A stretch of DNA of 64,000 bases, taken from positions 54,349,130 to 54,413,129 of the forward strand of contig NC_092375.1 of the NCBI RefSeq assembly GCF_030028105.1, read 5' to 3'. The position numbers and the translations under genes are program-made. This DNA is from Mobula birostris. Its lineage: Eukaryota. Below are positions 1 through 11,536 of this stretch, in pieces. The notes under the pieces are model-generated. The model was not told where the DNA came from, did no database searches, and worked only from the letters and a program-made list of their open reading frames with translations. Within the stretch, counting starts at the first letter, position 1, and every line of letters starts with the position of its first letter.

Positions 1-1496
1 AGTCATGACTATGGTCAGGCGGAGTGAGAATGTTTATCAGCAACAGGCAGAACACAGGCAGAAAATTATGCCAAGGCAAAGATAGAAGCTGTACAAAAAG
101 AATGGTACAAACAAATTGCAGTCAGAAAGGCTGCAGAAAAAGGTGACAGGAGAATACAGCTCAAACAAAACAGACAAGCAAAACAAAGAGCAGCAGAAAA
201 TGTCCAACTGCAGGAGATGTGGCAACTCTTCATTCCATGTCAAAGAGCTCTGTCCAGCAAAAGAAGAGAAATGCCACCAATGCAATAGAGATGGTCATTA
301 TAAAAGCCAGTGTCACTCCAAAACAGTTCTTCAGGAGGTCATAGAAGGCCATAATTCAGATGAACAAAGAGCTTTCATTGGGGTTTTAGATTCAAATAGA
401 CAGGGCTGGTGTACTATAGTTCAGTTGCAAAATGAGGCTGTGTCGTTCAAAATAAACACTGAAGCAGATGTCACAGCCGTCCCCACATGTCAGTTCATAA
501 AACTGGCGAGAAAAAACAGGCTTTACGCTAAACTTAACAAAGAAAATGCTCATGAGGCCAGGGAAACATAAGCTCAGTGTGAAAAGAATGTTCACTACTT
601 CCATCTGTAAAATGATTAGCAGTTAAAAGAGGATATCTATGTTGTTCAGAATCTCTTCTCACCACTACTGGGACAACATGCCATCAAGAAGCTAAACCTC
701 ATTACGAGGTTGGATTGGTTAAATAATGTTCAAGGCAGAACAAGTACCAGGAGTTATTCACAAGCCTGCGATTACTGAAAGAAGAGTACCTTATCCAACT
801 GGGGCCAGGAGTGACGCCCCACTCTCTTACCACAGCAAAGCATATAACCGTCCCATTGATGAACAAAGTTAAAGCTGAACCTGAGAGATTGGAGGCACTC
901 GATACCATAACTAGAGTGAATGGACCTACTGAGTAGTGTGCACGCATTGTCCCTGTTCAAAAGCCAGATGAAACAATTCTGCATTATTCACTGCAAGATT
1001 GAATAATGCCGTGAGGTGGGAAAAAATTATTCTGCCCTCTGAGCACACATTGGGTATGCTGGGTGGGGAAAAGTTCTTCAACAAACTAGATGCAAACTCA
1101 GGGGTTCTGTCAGATCTGTTTAGCTTCTGAGTCACAGTAGCCCATAACCTTTATCACACCATATGGGCTCTATGCCTTCAAGAGATTCCCTTTTGACATC
1201 TTATCAGCCCTTGAACCCTTTCAAAGTTTGGTTCATCCTCATCTGGAGGGACTGGAAGGAGTCGTCTGCCACATGGACGATATATTCTTCTTCAGAGGCA
1301 CAAGTGAGGAACATGACAAAAGAGTGGAAGCTGCCTTGGAGAAACTGAAACAGGCCAGAAACAGCCTGAACAAATAGAAATGTGAAAGTTCAAAGTTGAA
1401 GTTCTGAGGGCACAAACTGTCCTCAGATGGGGTCCATCCAGATTCAGACAAACTGGCAGGAGTTCAGAACAAGGAACAGCCTACAAATGTATTAGA

Positions 1497-1770
1497 CAAT
1501 AGACAATAGGTGCAGGAGCAGGCCATTCGGCCCTTCGAGCCAGCACCGCCATTCGCTGTGATCATGGCTGATCACCCACAATCAGTATCCAGTTCCTGCC
1601 TTATCCCCATAACCTTTGATTCCGCTATCTTTAAGAGCTCTATCCATCTCTTTTTTGAAAGCATCTAGAGACTTGCCCTCCACAGACTTCTGGGGCAGAG
1701 CATTCCATATATCCACCACTCTCTGGGTGAAAAAGTTTTTCCTCAACTCCATTCTAAATGGCCTACCCCT
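1497..1770 (-). mobile_element. CR1 LINE 3' tail inserted in Gypsy pol
   Basis: AGACAAT-type terminal repeats plus GTGCAGGAGcAGGCCATTCGGCCCTTCGAG, the same tail seen at 43560-43620 and 59530-59600. Confidence 0.8.
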
Positions 1771-2156
1771 AAACAGAGTTTAGGTGAGAAGGTGAGAGGT
1801 GAAACAGAGTTTATCGCTCTGCCTACAGTGGCGTTCTTTGATCTGAACAAAGCAACCAAGGTCTCAGCAGACACTTCCTCTTTTGGCCTGGGGGAGTGCT
1901 CATGTAATACTGCAGTGATGTATGGAAACCGGTGGCATATGCATCAAGAGCACTGACTCCTACTGAACAGCTTTATGCCCAGATCAAACAGGAGATACTG
2001 GCTTTTGTGTGGGCTTGTGAACACTTCAGTTGCCATTTGATAGGCAGTAAATTTCTACTTGAAACAGACCACAAGCCACTTGTCAGCCTCCTCAGCTCGA
2101 AACACTTGGATGACTTACCTCCATGTCTGCAAAGGTTCAGAATGAGGTTTATACAA

Positions 2157-2560
2157 GACACAAAAAATGCTGGAGGAACTCAGCATGCCAGACAGCATCA
2201 ATGGAAAAGAGTAAAGAGTCGACTTTTCAGGCTGAGACCCTTCATCAGGACTAGAAATGAAGAGAAGAAGTCAGAGTAAGAAGTTGGGGGGAGGAGAGGA
2301 AGTACAAGTTGGTAGGTATCAGGGGAGGGGGGGAGAAGTGGAGGTAAAGAGTTGGGAAGTTGATTGGTGAAAGAGGGGGACAGGAGGGAATCTGATAGGA
2401 GAGGACAGAAGCCCATGAAAGAAAGGGAAAGGGGAGGACCACCAGAGGGAGGTGATAGGCAGGTGAGGAAATAAGGTAGCAAGAGAAACAGGAATGGGGA
2501 ATGGTGAAAGGGAGGCAATTACCAGAAGTTCAAGAAATTAATATTCATGCCTTCAGGTTG
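2157..2560 (-). mobile_element. Penelope-like element 3' fragment
   Basis: ACAcAAAAAATGCTGGAGGAACTCAGC terminus and purine-rich body matching the GIY-YIG copy at 58071-58930. Confidence 0.75.
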
Positions 2561-3878
2561 GAAGCTACTGGCTTGAAAGCTACTCACCATTCTTGATGGT
2601 TTGCTGCTAAAGAGCTCCAGACTCCTCATTCCTGTTCTATGAACACGAGGACCATCAGTCAAATCCACCAAAGACATCAAGGCATCAATAAATGCCATCT
2701 AAGAACAAGGCAATCCATGTGATGGTCTAGTCTGACCACACAGCTGGATGATTATGTAAAACAATGTAAGGCATGCAGAAAACTGCACAAAAATCTTTCC
2801 GAACCGCTCTGCCCCAAGGATTTCCCAGACTTTACATGGCAAATTGCAGGCACAGACATTTTCAAGATGAAAAGAGACGTATCTTCTCACTGTGGATTAC
2901 TACTCATGGAATGTTAAGTTGTCCAGGCTATCCTCTAAGTTCTCAGAAGCAGTTATACAACACCTGAAAGCTATATTCACTTACCGGAGACATTTGTGTC
3001 AGACAACAGTCCATAATTCAGCTGCTTAGAATTCAAAGCCTTTGCTGGGGACTATGAGTTCAAACACCAGACAAGAAGTCCACAGTACCACAGGCAAATG
3101 GAGAGGCAGAAAGAGCAGTGCAAACGTTTAACAGTCTCCTACTGAAGGCAAAAGGTCTCAACAAAGCACTAGTAGCTTATTGCTCCACACCTCTTGTGAA
3201 AGGCTACATTCTATCAGAGCTGTCAATGGAGAAGCCTGCCCATTCTTCCTTCCCTTCTTTAACCTCATACACTGGACTTGCACAAAGTGAGAAATTAAGA
3301 GACAACACAGCATGGAGTCAACTCAACAAAGGTGGAACAGCTGTACGCCTGAGTGCCTTCAAAGTCCACAAAAGGTGGAGAAAGAACAGGGGTGGCTCGA
3401 TTGTTATGATGAAGACCATGTTCCTGAGGTGGACACCTGTTCAAGAATCTCCATCCACTCCAACGCTTTCAGGAACCTATACCAGATTGGGTCATTTATC
3501 TGTCCCACCACAGAGATATACTCCATAGCCTAGAGGCTTAGAGCAATTGACTAAATAGACAGAATAACCCTCTCACTTTGCTAGGGTGTTCAGGTAGTCT
3601 AGCCAGACCGCCATTGGGTTTTGTGTTTTTTTAAAGTTCTAATGTTGAAAATATTTCACAGAATGAGACTGTTCTTAAAAAAAGGAATTAGTGGAAAAAA
3701 GGAGGAAAACAAAGATCGAGAGAGAGCATTAAAAAAACAAAGAGACAGTTATAATGTTGACAATTCTTTTTTATGTTTATGTATGGGTAAAGTGAACTGA
3801 ATCACACAATTTCAGTGACTATAATTTCAATGCAGTTCTCTAGATAGGAAGTACATTCCCAGTTTTGCTTTTTCTTTC

Positions 3879-4116
3879 AAAAAGGGGAGATGCGGTGGCA
3901 GTTAATAGTGTTATTCCTATGACACTCAGTTAGCCACCCCCACATGGGTGGAGTTCACATCGTGTACGAACAGGGATCAGGGAAGTTCAGTTACGTATCC
4001 TGCATGCTGATGTCCTGGTGTGTTCTGCAGTGTCCCTCAATAATGAACACAACATAAGCAATGCATGAAGTAATGTTCTATTAGATCTCTTAAACCAAGT
4101 AGACTGTTGCTGCACA
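3879..4116 (+). repeat. Polypurine tract and probable 3' LTR of the first Gypsy element
   Basis: AAAAAGGGGAGA (3879-3890) directly followed by TG at 3891; a plausible CA end at 4115-4116. The partner LTR is not in the window, so the right boundary is inferred. Confidence 0.55.
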
Positions 4117-4119
4117 TGT

Positions 4120-5290
4120 GGTCCTCTGGGCTATTACATTTATTACAATAAATGAGAGGCTTCCACATCACTCCACCCCCCCCCCCCCCCACAAGTTCAG
4201 TAACTTGAAGAACCCAACTCTGTGGTCCTTACCCACAGTGGCCTTACATCAAGCCTCAGTGTGTTTCACAGCACATACTCCTGCAGCCTGGAGTGTGTCA
4301 GTCAGCAGCATTCTTCTACTGACACCTCGACGTGCTGGGAAACCTTTAGGTTTCAGGCAGACCAAACAATGACTTTCGCCGAGCTGATGATTTTCCAGCA
4401 GCCCTTGATGCCTGTCACTGTGTGCCCCTGTGAACATCATGTAGATCAGAGAGTCTGCTTTTGTGCAGCTGCTCAGAACAAAGTGTAATACAGGCCCCTG
4501 CATCTTTCACACCTCTCTATATACTCTTCATAAACCCAAAGTTCACAAAGAAGTGAGCAACACCCACAACAGTCATCCTGCAGGCAGTATACAGTGACAG
4601 CAATGCTCCCGGCATGCAGGATGGTTCTGACTAGGAGGGCCCCTCTCACTGCCATCCAGGCAAGGTCTGGGTGCCTGTTGGTGAGGTGTGGTGATGAGGC
4701 ATTCTGCCATTTGGTTTGTACAGTCTGCTGAGTGAACCACTCCAATGAGTCCATTGAGACCTTCTCCTGTAGTATCTGCAGGATGTTCTGAGCTGAGCAC
4801 TACCTGATGGACTTGTGGTCAAAGATGTTGGTCCAGAAGAACTTTTCCATGAACGACAGATAGTGCGGCAGTGTCCAACTGACTGGGATGTTGCATGGCA
4901 ATGTGGCCAGACCCATCCTTCACAACACCAGGGACAGATTGTATCTCAGCATGTAGTGGTACATAGTGCCACATACTTAGGTTCCAGACATGGCCTGATG
5001 CAGCCACACATGAAGGTGGTCATCAGAGCGAGGGAAACATTAGGTCCATTTTTGCCCCTGTTATCCAGGGATTTCTGCATCATAACCCACCTGACTCGCT
5101 CCATTTCGAATTCCCAACTGAACTTGAAGACAGTTAGGGAGATTTTCAAAGGTCGACCACACCTACACCAAGTACAGCATCCCTGAGAGGATTTCATACC
5201 TGATGACCAGGTTCTTCGTAGTTATTGAGAGGGAGCGTCCTCCCATCATCCCAGTTTCTATTGTGCCTTCCCAATCTGCTCCAGCCAATT
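4120..5290 (-). mobile_element. Older, 5'-truncated Tx1-like (L1 clade) LINE fragment
   Basis: Translated pieces (WQNASSPHLTNRHPDLAWMAVRGAL; GKNGPNVSLALMTTFMCGCIRPCLEPKY) align by eye with the C-terminus of ORF 52009-54282. Confidence 0.85.
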
Positions 5291-8200
5291 CTTGTTGGCT
5301 CCTCCAAACCAGAATTCTTCCCAGCACCTTCAAATAATCAAACCTAACAGAGAAAGGGACACTGGATTGGTTGGGCCATTTGCATTAAGTACAGAAATGG
5401 TTCCATATACTCTATCACTCCCATGGCTCTGTCATGTTGAATCAGAGAACCAAGCCTCAGAATTATTTGGTTCGAATGGCAAAATATGTGAGGGATGAGT
5501 AATCAAATATCCAAGGTTCAGAGCAAAACTAATGTTAATTTATTATCATCCGGGGAACTGAATGAGAATGAGAATGGTGGATCTTCTGCAACTGGGGGAT
5601 CAGGTCGTTACAAAAGAAACATCTGGAAGGGCAGAATTTTCCCCTATTGACTGGATAACCTAAGATGCTGTTATCTGGATATTTTAGTGTTTCCTGAATT
5701 TCATCCCGATTACCTTATTTAAAGTAAATCAATGAGTTGAATATCTATGCAGTTCTCTCAGTCACTTGCCATAACTTTGGAAGGAGATCAACAAAATGGA
5801 TAAGCTAGGGCCATATTTTCTGACGTTACAATGGATACTATTGCACATGCCTTTATAGGCATTTTTGTTTGGTAGTATTCAGGATTCACCAGCCACATTG
5901 GAAAATGTATCTTATGTTACTTCCGGTGCAGAGTAGACAAATGATATCAGAAGCAATTGATGAAAATTTGGAATTTATGCTCTTTCTCCTCTGATTCCTG
6001 TAACACCTATTTATTCTTCCACCTTTTTTCTGCACCTCCTTATCTTCACATGTTATGCAAATAGGGAATTTATGTTAGGGAACTTATGCTGGTAGATCAA
6101 CCTCTGATCTGAAAAGAAGTAATAAGAAATTATCCAAAGACATGAACTTTGAATCAAAAAGGGTTTTATTTATAAAAGGCAAATGAACAAATAGTACAGT
6201 ATATAGATTAGTAAATATATTTCAACACAGCTCCTGAAACTTAATTAACAGGAAGCAGGTAAAGAGATGCTCTGCTAGCCATTTAAAATTCTGATATAAA
6301 AAGTGACTAACTGTTGTTCATGAGTCAGTAATTAGCAGATCAAGAGAGAAGCTGTGTTGTGTCATATATGTAAAATTATCATGAATTTGTTTGCCATGCA
6401 CATACTACAGAAAAGAGCAAAATACACATTAGTTTTTGAAAGAAATCTGAATTTTTTAAAAATACATAAGTGGAAATAAGCAAATTTCTTTTTCAGCATT
6501 GTAAAATTCAAAGTTGCCAAAAATCAGTTTTGTCAGAATTTGGGTAATTAATGTGTGAGTCTTTTTTTCTGGACATAAATATTCAGTGTGATAAGGTCAA
6601 GGTACATATTAATGCACTGAAATTCTTCAGGTGGAATTTTAAGATACCTTATTGCTGGCTGCAGAATAATCCATGTGAATTTTACAATTTCAGTATAAAG
6701 CCATGAGCTTCATATGAATGGTGGGTGCCAATGCATATGTGTGTACTCTGCTGGCTGCAAGACCAGGCTAGTGAATGCAGGCTTGGCTATAGGATTATTT
6801 GTCCTCCACAGGTGATGTTGCCCTCTGCTACTCCTTTATAAGAGGTAACGTTTGGAAACTCTGCCAAAACAAACATTCCTTGGTTTCCAGAGTTATGGCT
6901 GGGACCTACACTATCTCATTCCCAAGTTGAATCATAGCCCATTTATGGCACTTAATCTGAAATATAACAGGAATGTGTAGATGGCACTTACTGAATAAGT
7001 GATTAAAGCAAAATTGAACATGTTGGCATAACTGACCTCATTACATGCTTCTAAAAATTTCTAAGGATAGAAATTCAACTGCACCATTTTCTTGCTGCTA
7101 TAACAGTGCCAGCAATTTCATCAAAGTTTCATGAAGTTGTTAAATACAAAACATAATTCATTTTTACCAGTTCCAAAATAGCTCTGGTGCAGTTTCTCAT
7201 GTAATGCAACATCCTGCTCTATTTCAAAGCAGCAGTTGATAGAGTTAACATTTCCGCCTTATTTGCACCATTTCTCACAGATCTCACCTCAGGTAGTATC
7301 TCTTTGAGGGTCAGAGAACAATACCACCAACAGTTTCAGTTATAGGGGAGATAGGGTCATGAATGAGTGCATGACACAATAATCAAATGTACTTCAGAGT
7401 ACTCTATGGACAAGGTAGAATCACAGGCGTTAGAAGAATCATGTACATAGGAAACAGGTTTCCTTGTGCAAAGGGAACATAGGGGTGGAAATTGCCAAGG
7501 AGACACAAATGCCTACTGAACAAAATGGAAAATTCTTATTAAAACCAATTCTTATTTAACCAATTTCCCCCAGGATCAATAAAGTATGACTATGACAATG
7601 ACTATGACTATCAAAAATGTAAGATTGCTAATATCCTTACAGAACCAATCTGGATTTCTACAAGGCTCATTGAGATGGGAAATGTCACATGTAGAAGTCT
7701 CGGCAGAGATGTGCGGAAAGATCCTAAGGCAAAGTGTTTGAAAGTGAAGTTGCCCTGTTTTTGAGAGAGGTTACTACCTGTGTCTATTTGGAAATGTAAA
7801 TGCTTGCACAACCTTTATGGTCAAAGTCAGGGAAATCCTATTCTCTTACCCATTTCTGATCTGATATAATGGAGTTGTGTCTTTTACTGTAGGACTTCCA
7901 CTAACATCTCTGGCCACTTAATTTTGAAGGAAATTTTGTTGAAACTACCTGTCAAACCCTATAAGTGGTGCACTTTGACTAAAATTGCAGGAGACATGTG
8001 TCTGACCATCAAAGTTGCACTGATCTTGAGACTCCAGTATTAATAGAATTTGTGTTTTCTGTGACTAAACACAACCTGTTGTGGTTCATATCAATATGGT
8101 TAAAAATGACAAGTGAAACAAATTTTGAGCATTCCACTAGGTTTGAGGTTATTTGAGCAAGCTGGATGCCTAAAAAAAGTGCTGGTTTACAACAAAATCT

Positions 8201-8341
8201 CACATCGTCTTGTACTCACAGCATGAATTCACACAGAAATATGCACAAAGCCAACGTATACACTTGAAAATAATTTTCACCTGCACAATGTCATTTATTT
8301 TCAAATTTCACAGATGGACTTCCATGTCTATATATTCACAT

Positions 8342-8433
8342 TTACAAACCTGGCACTTTCCCCATTTTTTCATAGATGTCATCATTCATACTTTTTCTGA
8401 TTTCATCTGATTGTTCAGCCTTGTTTCTTTTAC
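8342..8433 (-). CDS. Tentative terminal coding exon (cytoplasmic tail) of the IgV receptor gene
   Basis: caagcag|GT acceptor, phase 1 matching the TM-exon donor; reads (G)KRNKAEQSDEIRKSMNDDIYEKMGKVPGL*; stop at 8342-8344; AATAAA on the minus strand at 8294-8299. The polypyrimidine tract is weak and the exon lies 25 kb from the TM exon. Confidence 0.5.
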
Positions 8434-8929
8434 CTGCTTGGACAACATTGTACCACCAAATTACTATTTTCAAACAAAATGGACAAAACCATATATACAT
8501 TTACACAATGAACTTAGATTATAAAGTGCAAAGTACAAATTCTTCTGGAGGAGATTCAATACCTTGACTGGTGAACAATTATAAGTGATTGTGAGTGTCA
8601 TGCTTTCACACACTTAGTTACAGAGATGAATTGAGGATCACTGAAAACTAGTTTCAATTTAACAAGTATTAAAACTATCCTACAAGTGAAACAGAAGGGC
8701 TATAGATTAAAATAGTAATTTTGAATTATATCTCAATTTTAAGAATACAATATTTGTAATCTCTCCAAATGGAAAATCGTGTGTAATGGGAAGCCTACAT
8801 AATAAAGAAACAATTGCTTTTTGCCCTCCCACAGGATATAAATAGGCCACAATGCTAGCAATTGGCTATGAGTGTACTGTGTACAAACACATGTGGCTCC
8901 AATAGAATCAATGTGGGAAGATAATCAAA

Positions 8930-10666
8930 AGATAAATCTCCAAGCTCATTATATCAGTACATATAGCATTCATAATAAGGTGGATGAACTGACGTCACAA
9001 ATAGAAATAACTGGATATGATTTGATAGCTGTTACACGCCAGCTTCTAAGGTCCAGGGTTGAATATTGCAGAGTATTTGGTAAAATTACGATCTAAGATT
9101 AGCTTTATTTGTGACATGTATACTGAAATGTTAAAGCATACAATGAAATACGTCAATGACCAAGAGAACCTGAGGATTGTGCTGGGGGCAGCCCGCAAGT
9201 GTTGGCACCAGGTGTAGCGTGCCACTGCTCACTCACCCTAACAGTATATCTTTCTGGAATGTGAGAGGAAACTGGGGCACCTGGAAGAAAACTGCACCGT
9301 CATGGGAAGAATGTACAAACTACTTACAGACAACATTGGGAATTGAACACTAATTGTGATCACTGGTGCTGTAAAGTGATTGCACTAACAGTTATACCAT
9401 CATGTCACCCCCACAATGGAAACAGAAAAAGTAATAGAGGTGCTGTTGTTCTTTTAGTAAAGGATCAGATCAGATGAGTAATGTACACTTTGTAAAATCA
9501 CCTTGTCCCAATGATCAAAATGTAGAGTTTGTTTGGATAAAGATAAGAAATAATGAAGGACAGAAGTTGCTGCTGGTTAGATTCTCTACCTGGCACTTTC
9601 ATGGTATGATTGCTATTTAAACCACATGTCTGCCCATGCCTGAATTTTGCGGAAGTCATCAAGGGAAAAAGTCATTAAAGATGCCGTCATATGCATTGAA
9701 ACAGGATTAACTAATAATCCAAAAATAAACTATTGATATTTAAATAGGTAAAATAACATTTTGTAGTTTAACCGTGAAACTCTTTTGTCAGAAACTAGTG
9801 TATTATATTTTCATAAAGCAAACAGCAATGCACAATTGACAAGAAGGCTAAAATGGAATTAGAAAATAAATGTAAAGGGTAAAATGGTACACAAGAAGTG
9901 GGACCATCCTGAAATACATAATACTTCAATGAGAGATAAAGGCAATTAGAATGATGCGAATTTGGCCAACCAAAGAATTCAAACTCAGTGTCAAATTGAA
10001 AGGAAAGGCACATAATGTGCGTGCTTAGTTCGTGGTAGGTCTGAACACAGAGAGACCTTTAGAAACCAGCAAAGAATGACTGACAAGTAATAAAGAAAGA
10101 TAATGTGAATTGTGAAAGTAAACTAGCAGGGAAAAAAATTAAAAATAAAAGACTTAGAACTTTTTGTTTGTTATGTACAGCAATATGGAAAGTGTTATTA
10201 GTAGGTCAGCAAATCACTCAAATACTGGTATTGTGAATAGTGAGAAGGATAGTCTCAGGCAACAGAAAATATTGATCAGCTGGTATATTGGGCAGAGCAA
10301 CACAGATGAAATTCAATCCAGTTAAATGCCAAGCGATGCATTTTAGGAAGTTAAATATGGATAGAGTGTACACAGTAAACAAGAGGGCCGTAGGCGGTAT
10401 CGATGATCAGAAGGACCGAGCAGTGCAAGTCCATGCAACTCTAAAGGTGGCAGAACTGGGAGACAGGCTGAAGAAGAAGACATTTGGAGTGCTTATCTTC
10501 AGCAGTCATAGCATGGGATACAAGAGCAGGGATATTACGTTACAGCTTTATAAGACATTGGTGAGGCTATCTCCAGAATATTGAGTGCAGTTTCAGTTAT
10601 CACAGTATAGAAAGTACGTGATAACTCTGGAAAAACTGCAGTGCAGATTCACCAGGATGTTGCCTA
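8930..10666 (+). mobile_element. Highly decayed CR1 LINE fragments
   Basis: Endonuclease start (IHNKVDELTSQIEITGYDLIAVT) and RT C-terminal motifs (QMKFNPVKCQAMHF; LQLYKTLVRL.PEY). Confidence 0.8.
9095..9410 (-). mobile_element. V-domain (HE1-like) tRNA-derived SINE
   Basis: Reverse-complement B box (GGGAATTGAAC, ~9338-9348) and V-domain-like core resembling 32070-32327. Confidence 0.65.
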
Positions 10667-11536
10667 GGTAATGCCCTGGTAAAGGTTTTATTGATAATCT
10701 TGCAGGATATTTCATGTAATGGTTTTTCTATAGAAGCAGTGTGTTCCACCGGCAGTGTTTGGGTTACAGTTAAAGATAAGGGATGCTTCGGAATGTGTGT
10801 TTCATCCAATCGGAGGGTGGGACTGGAAGAAGATTCTTGTGAACGTTGGGGAAGCAGCTTTTGTGACAGACTCTGGTGCAGGTCGAGGTCTTTCTCAGTG
10901 GGAGGTGGAAAGAGAAGGAGCTCGAGAGAACTGGCTGTGGGATTTGATCCGGCGGGAACATGCAGTCTGATGGAGCCCAAGAGGGGAACTTCTACTGGGG
11001 AGCAGTGAATATGAGTTGGTGCAGTGAGTACACATCAGACACAGTGGATTTTGGAAGATTTGAGCTCCACCTGTGCACATTTGACTGTTCAGTTATAACG
11101 GACCTTTTTTTGTTTTTTCTTTCTTTTCTTTAATAATTCTTCGACTAAGTTAACATTCATAAATATACTCTCTATATAATTGTACGCAGTATACGATCTG
11201 TTATTTCTTGCATGGGGCACTAAATCACGCAGTATTCGTACAAACTGGGGTTTGGGGTGGGCAGTGCATCCCAACCTTATGGGTTAGCTGGGACCAAAAT
11301 CATACACACCCTATCACAAACAAGACAAAATCTGCAGCTGCTGGAAATCCGAGCAACACACACACAAAATGCTGGAGGAACTCAGTAGGCCAGGCAGCAT
11401 TTTGTGTGTGTTGCTTGTATACACCCTAGACACGCAGAGCCTAAAAAAGGTAGGTTTCTTGCCAAGGAGTCAAGTGGCTGTTAGCAAGGGGCTAACAATT
11501 CACATTTCCAGAGACGCCCTGTAAAAAGGGGTTTCA
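10667..11536 (+). repeat. 5' LTR
   Basis: Starts GTAATGCCCTGG, ends GGGGTTTCA; colinear with 18537-19294; contains a 107-bp Penelope-derived insert. Confidence 0.85.

Larger units (their letters stand above)
1..4116 (+). mobile_element. Decayed Ty3/Gypsy LTR retrotransposon (gag-PR-RT-RH-IN order), 5' end not seen
   Basis: Gag zinc knuckles CRRCGNSSFH..C and CHQCNRDGHYKSQC; protease-like FKINTEADVT; RT remnant around 1150-1290 (HMDD-like); RNase H YASRALTPTEQLYAQ..ETDHKPL (1932-2160); integrase remnants 2580-3200. Many stops and frameshifts. Confidence 0.9.
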
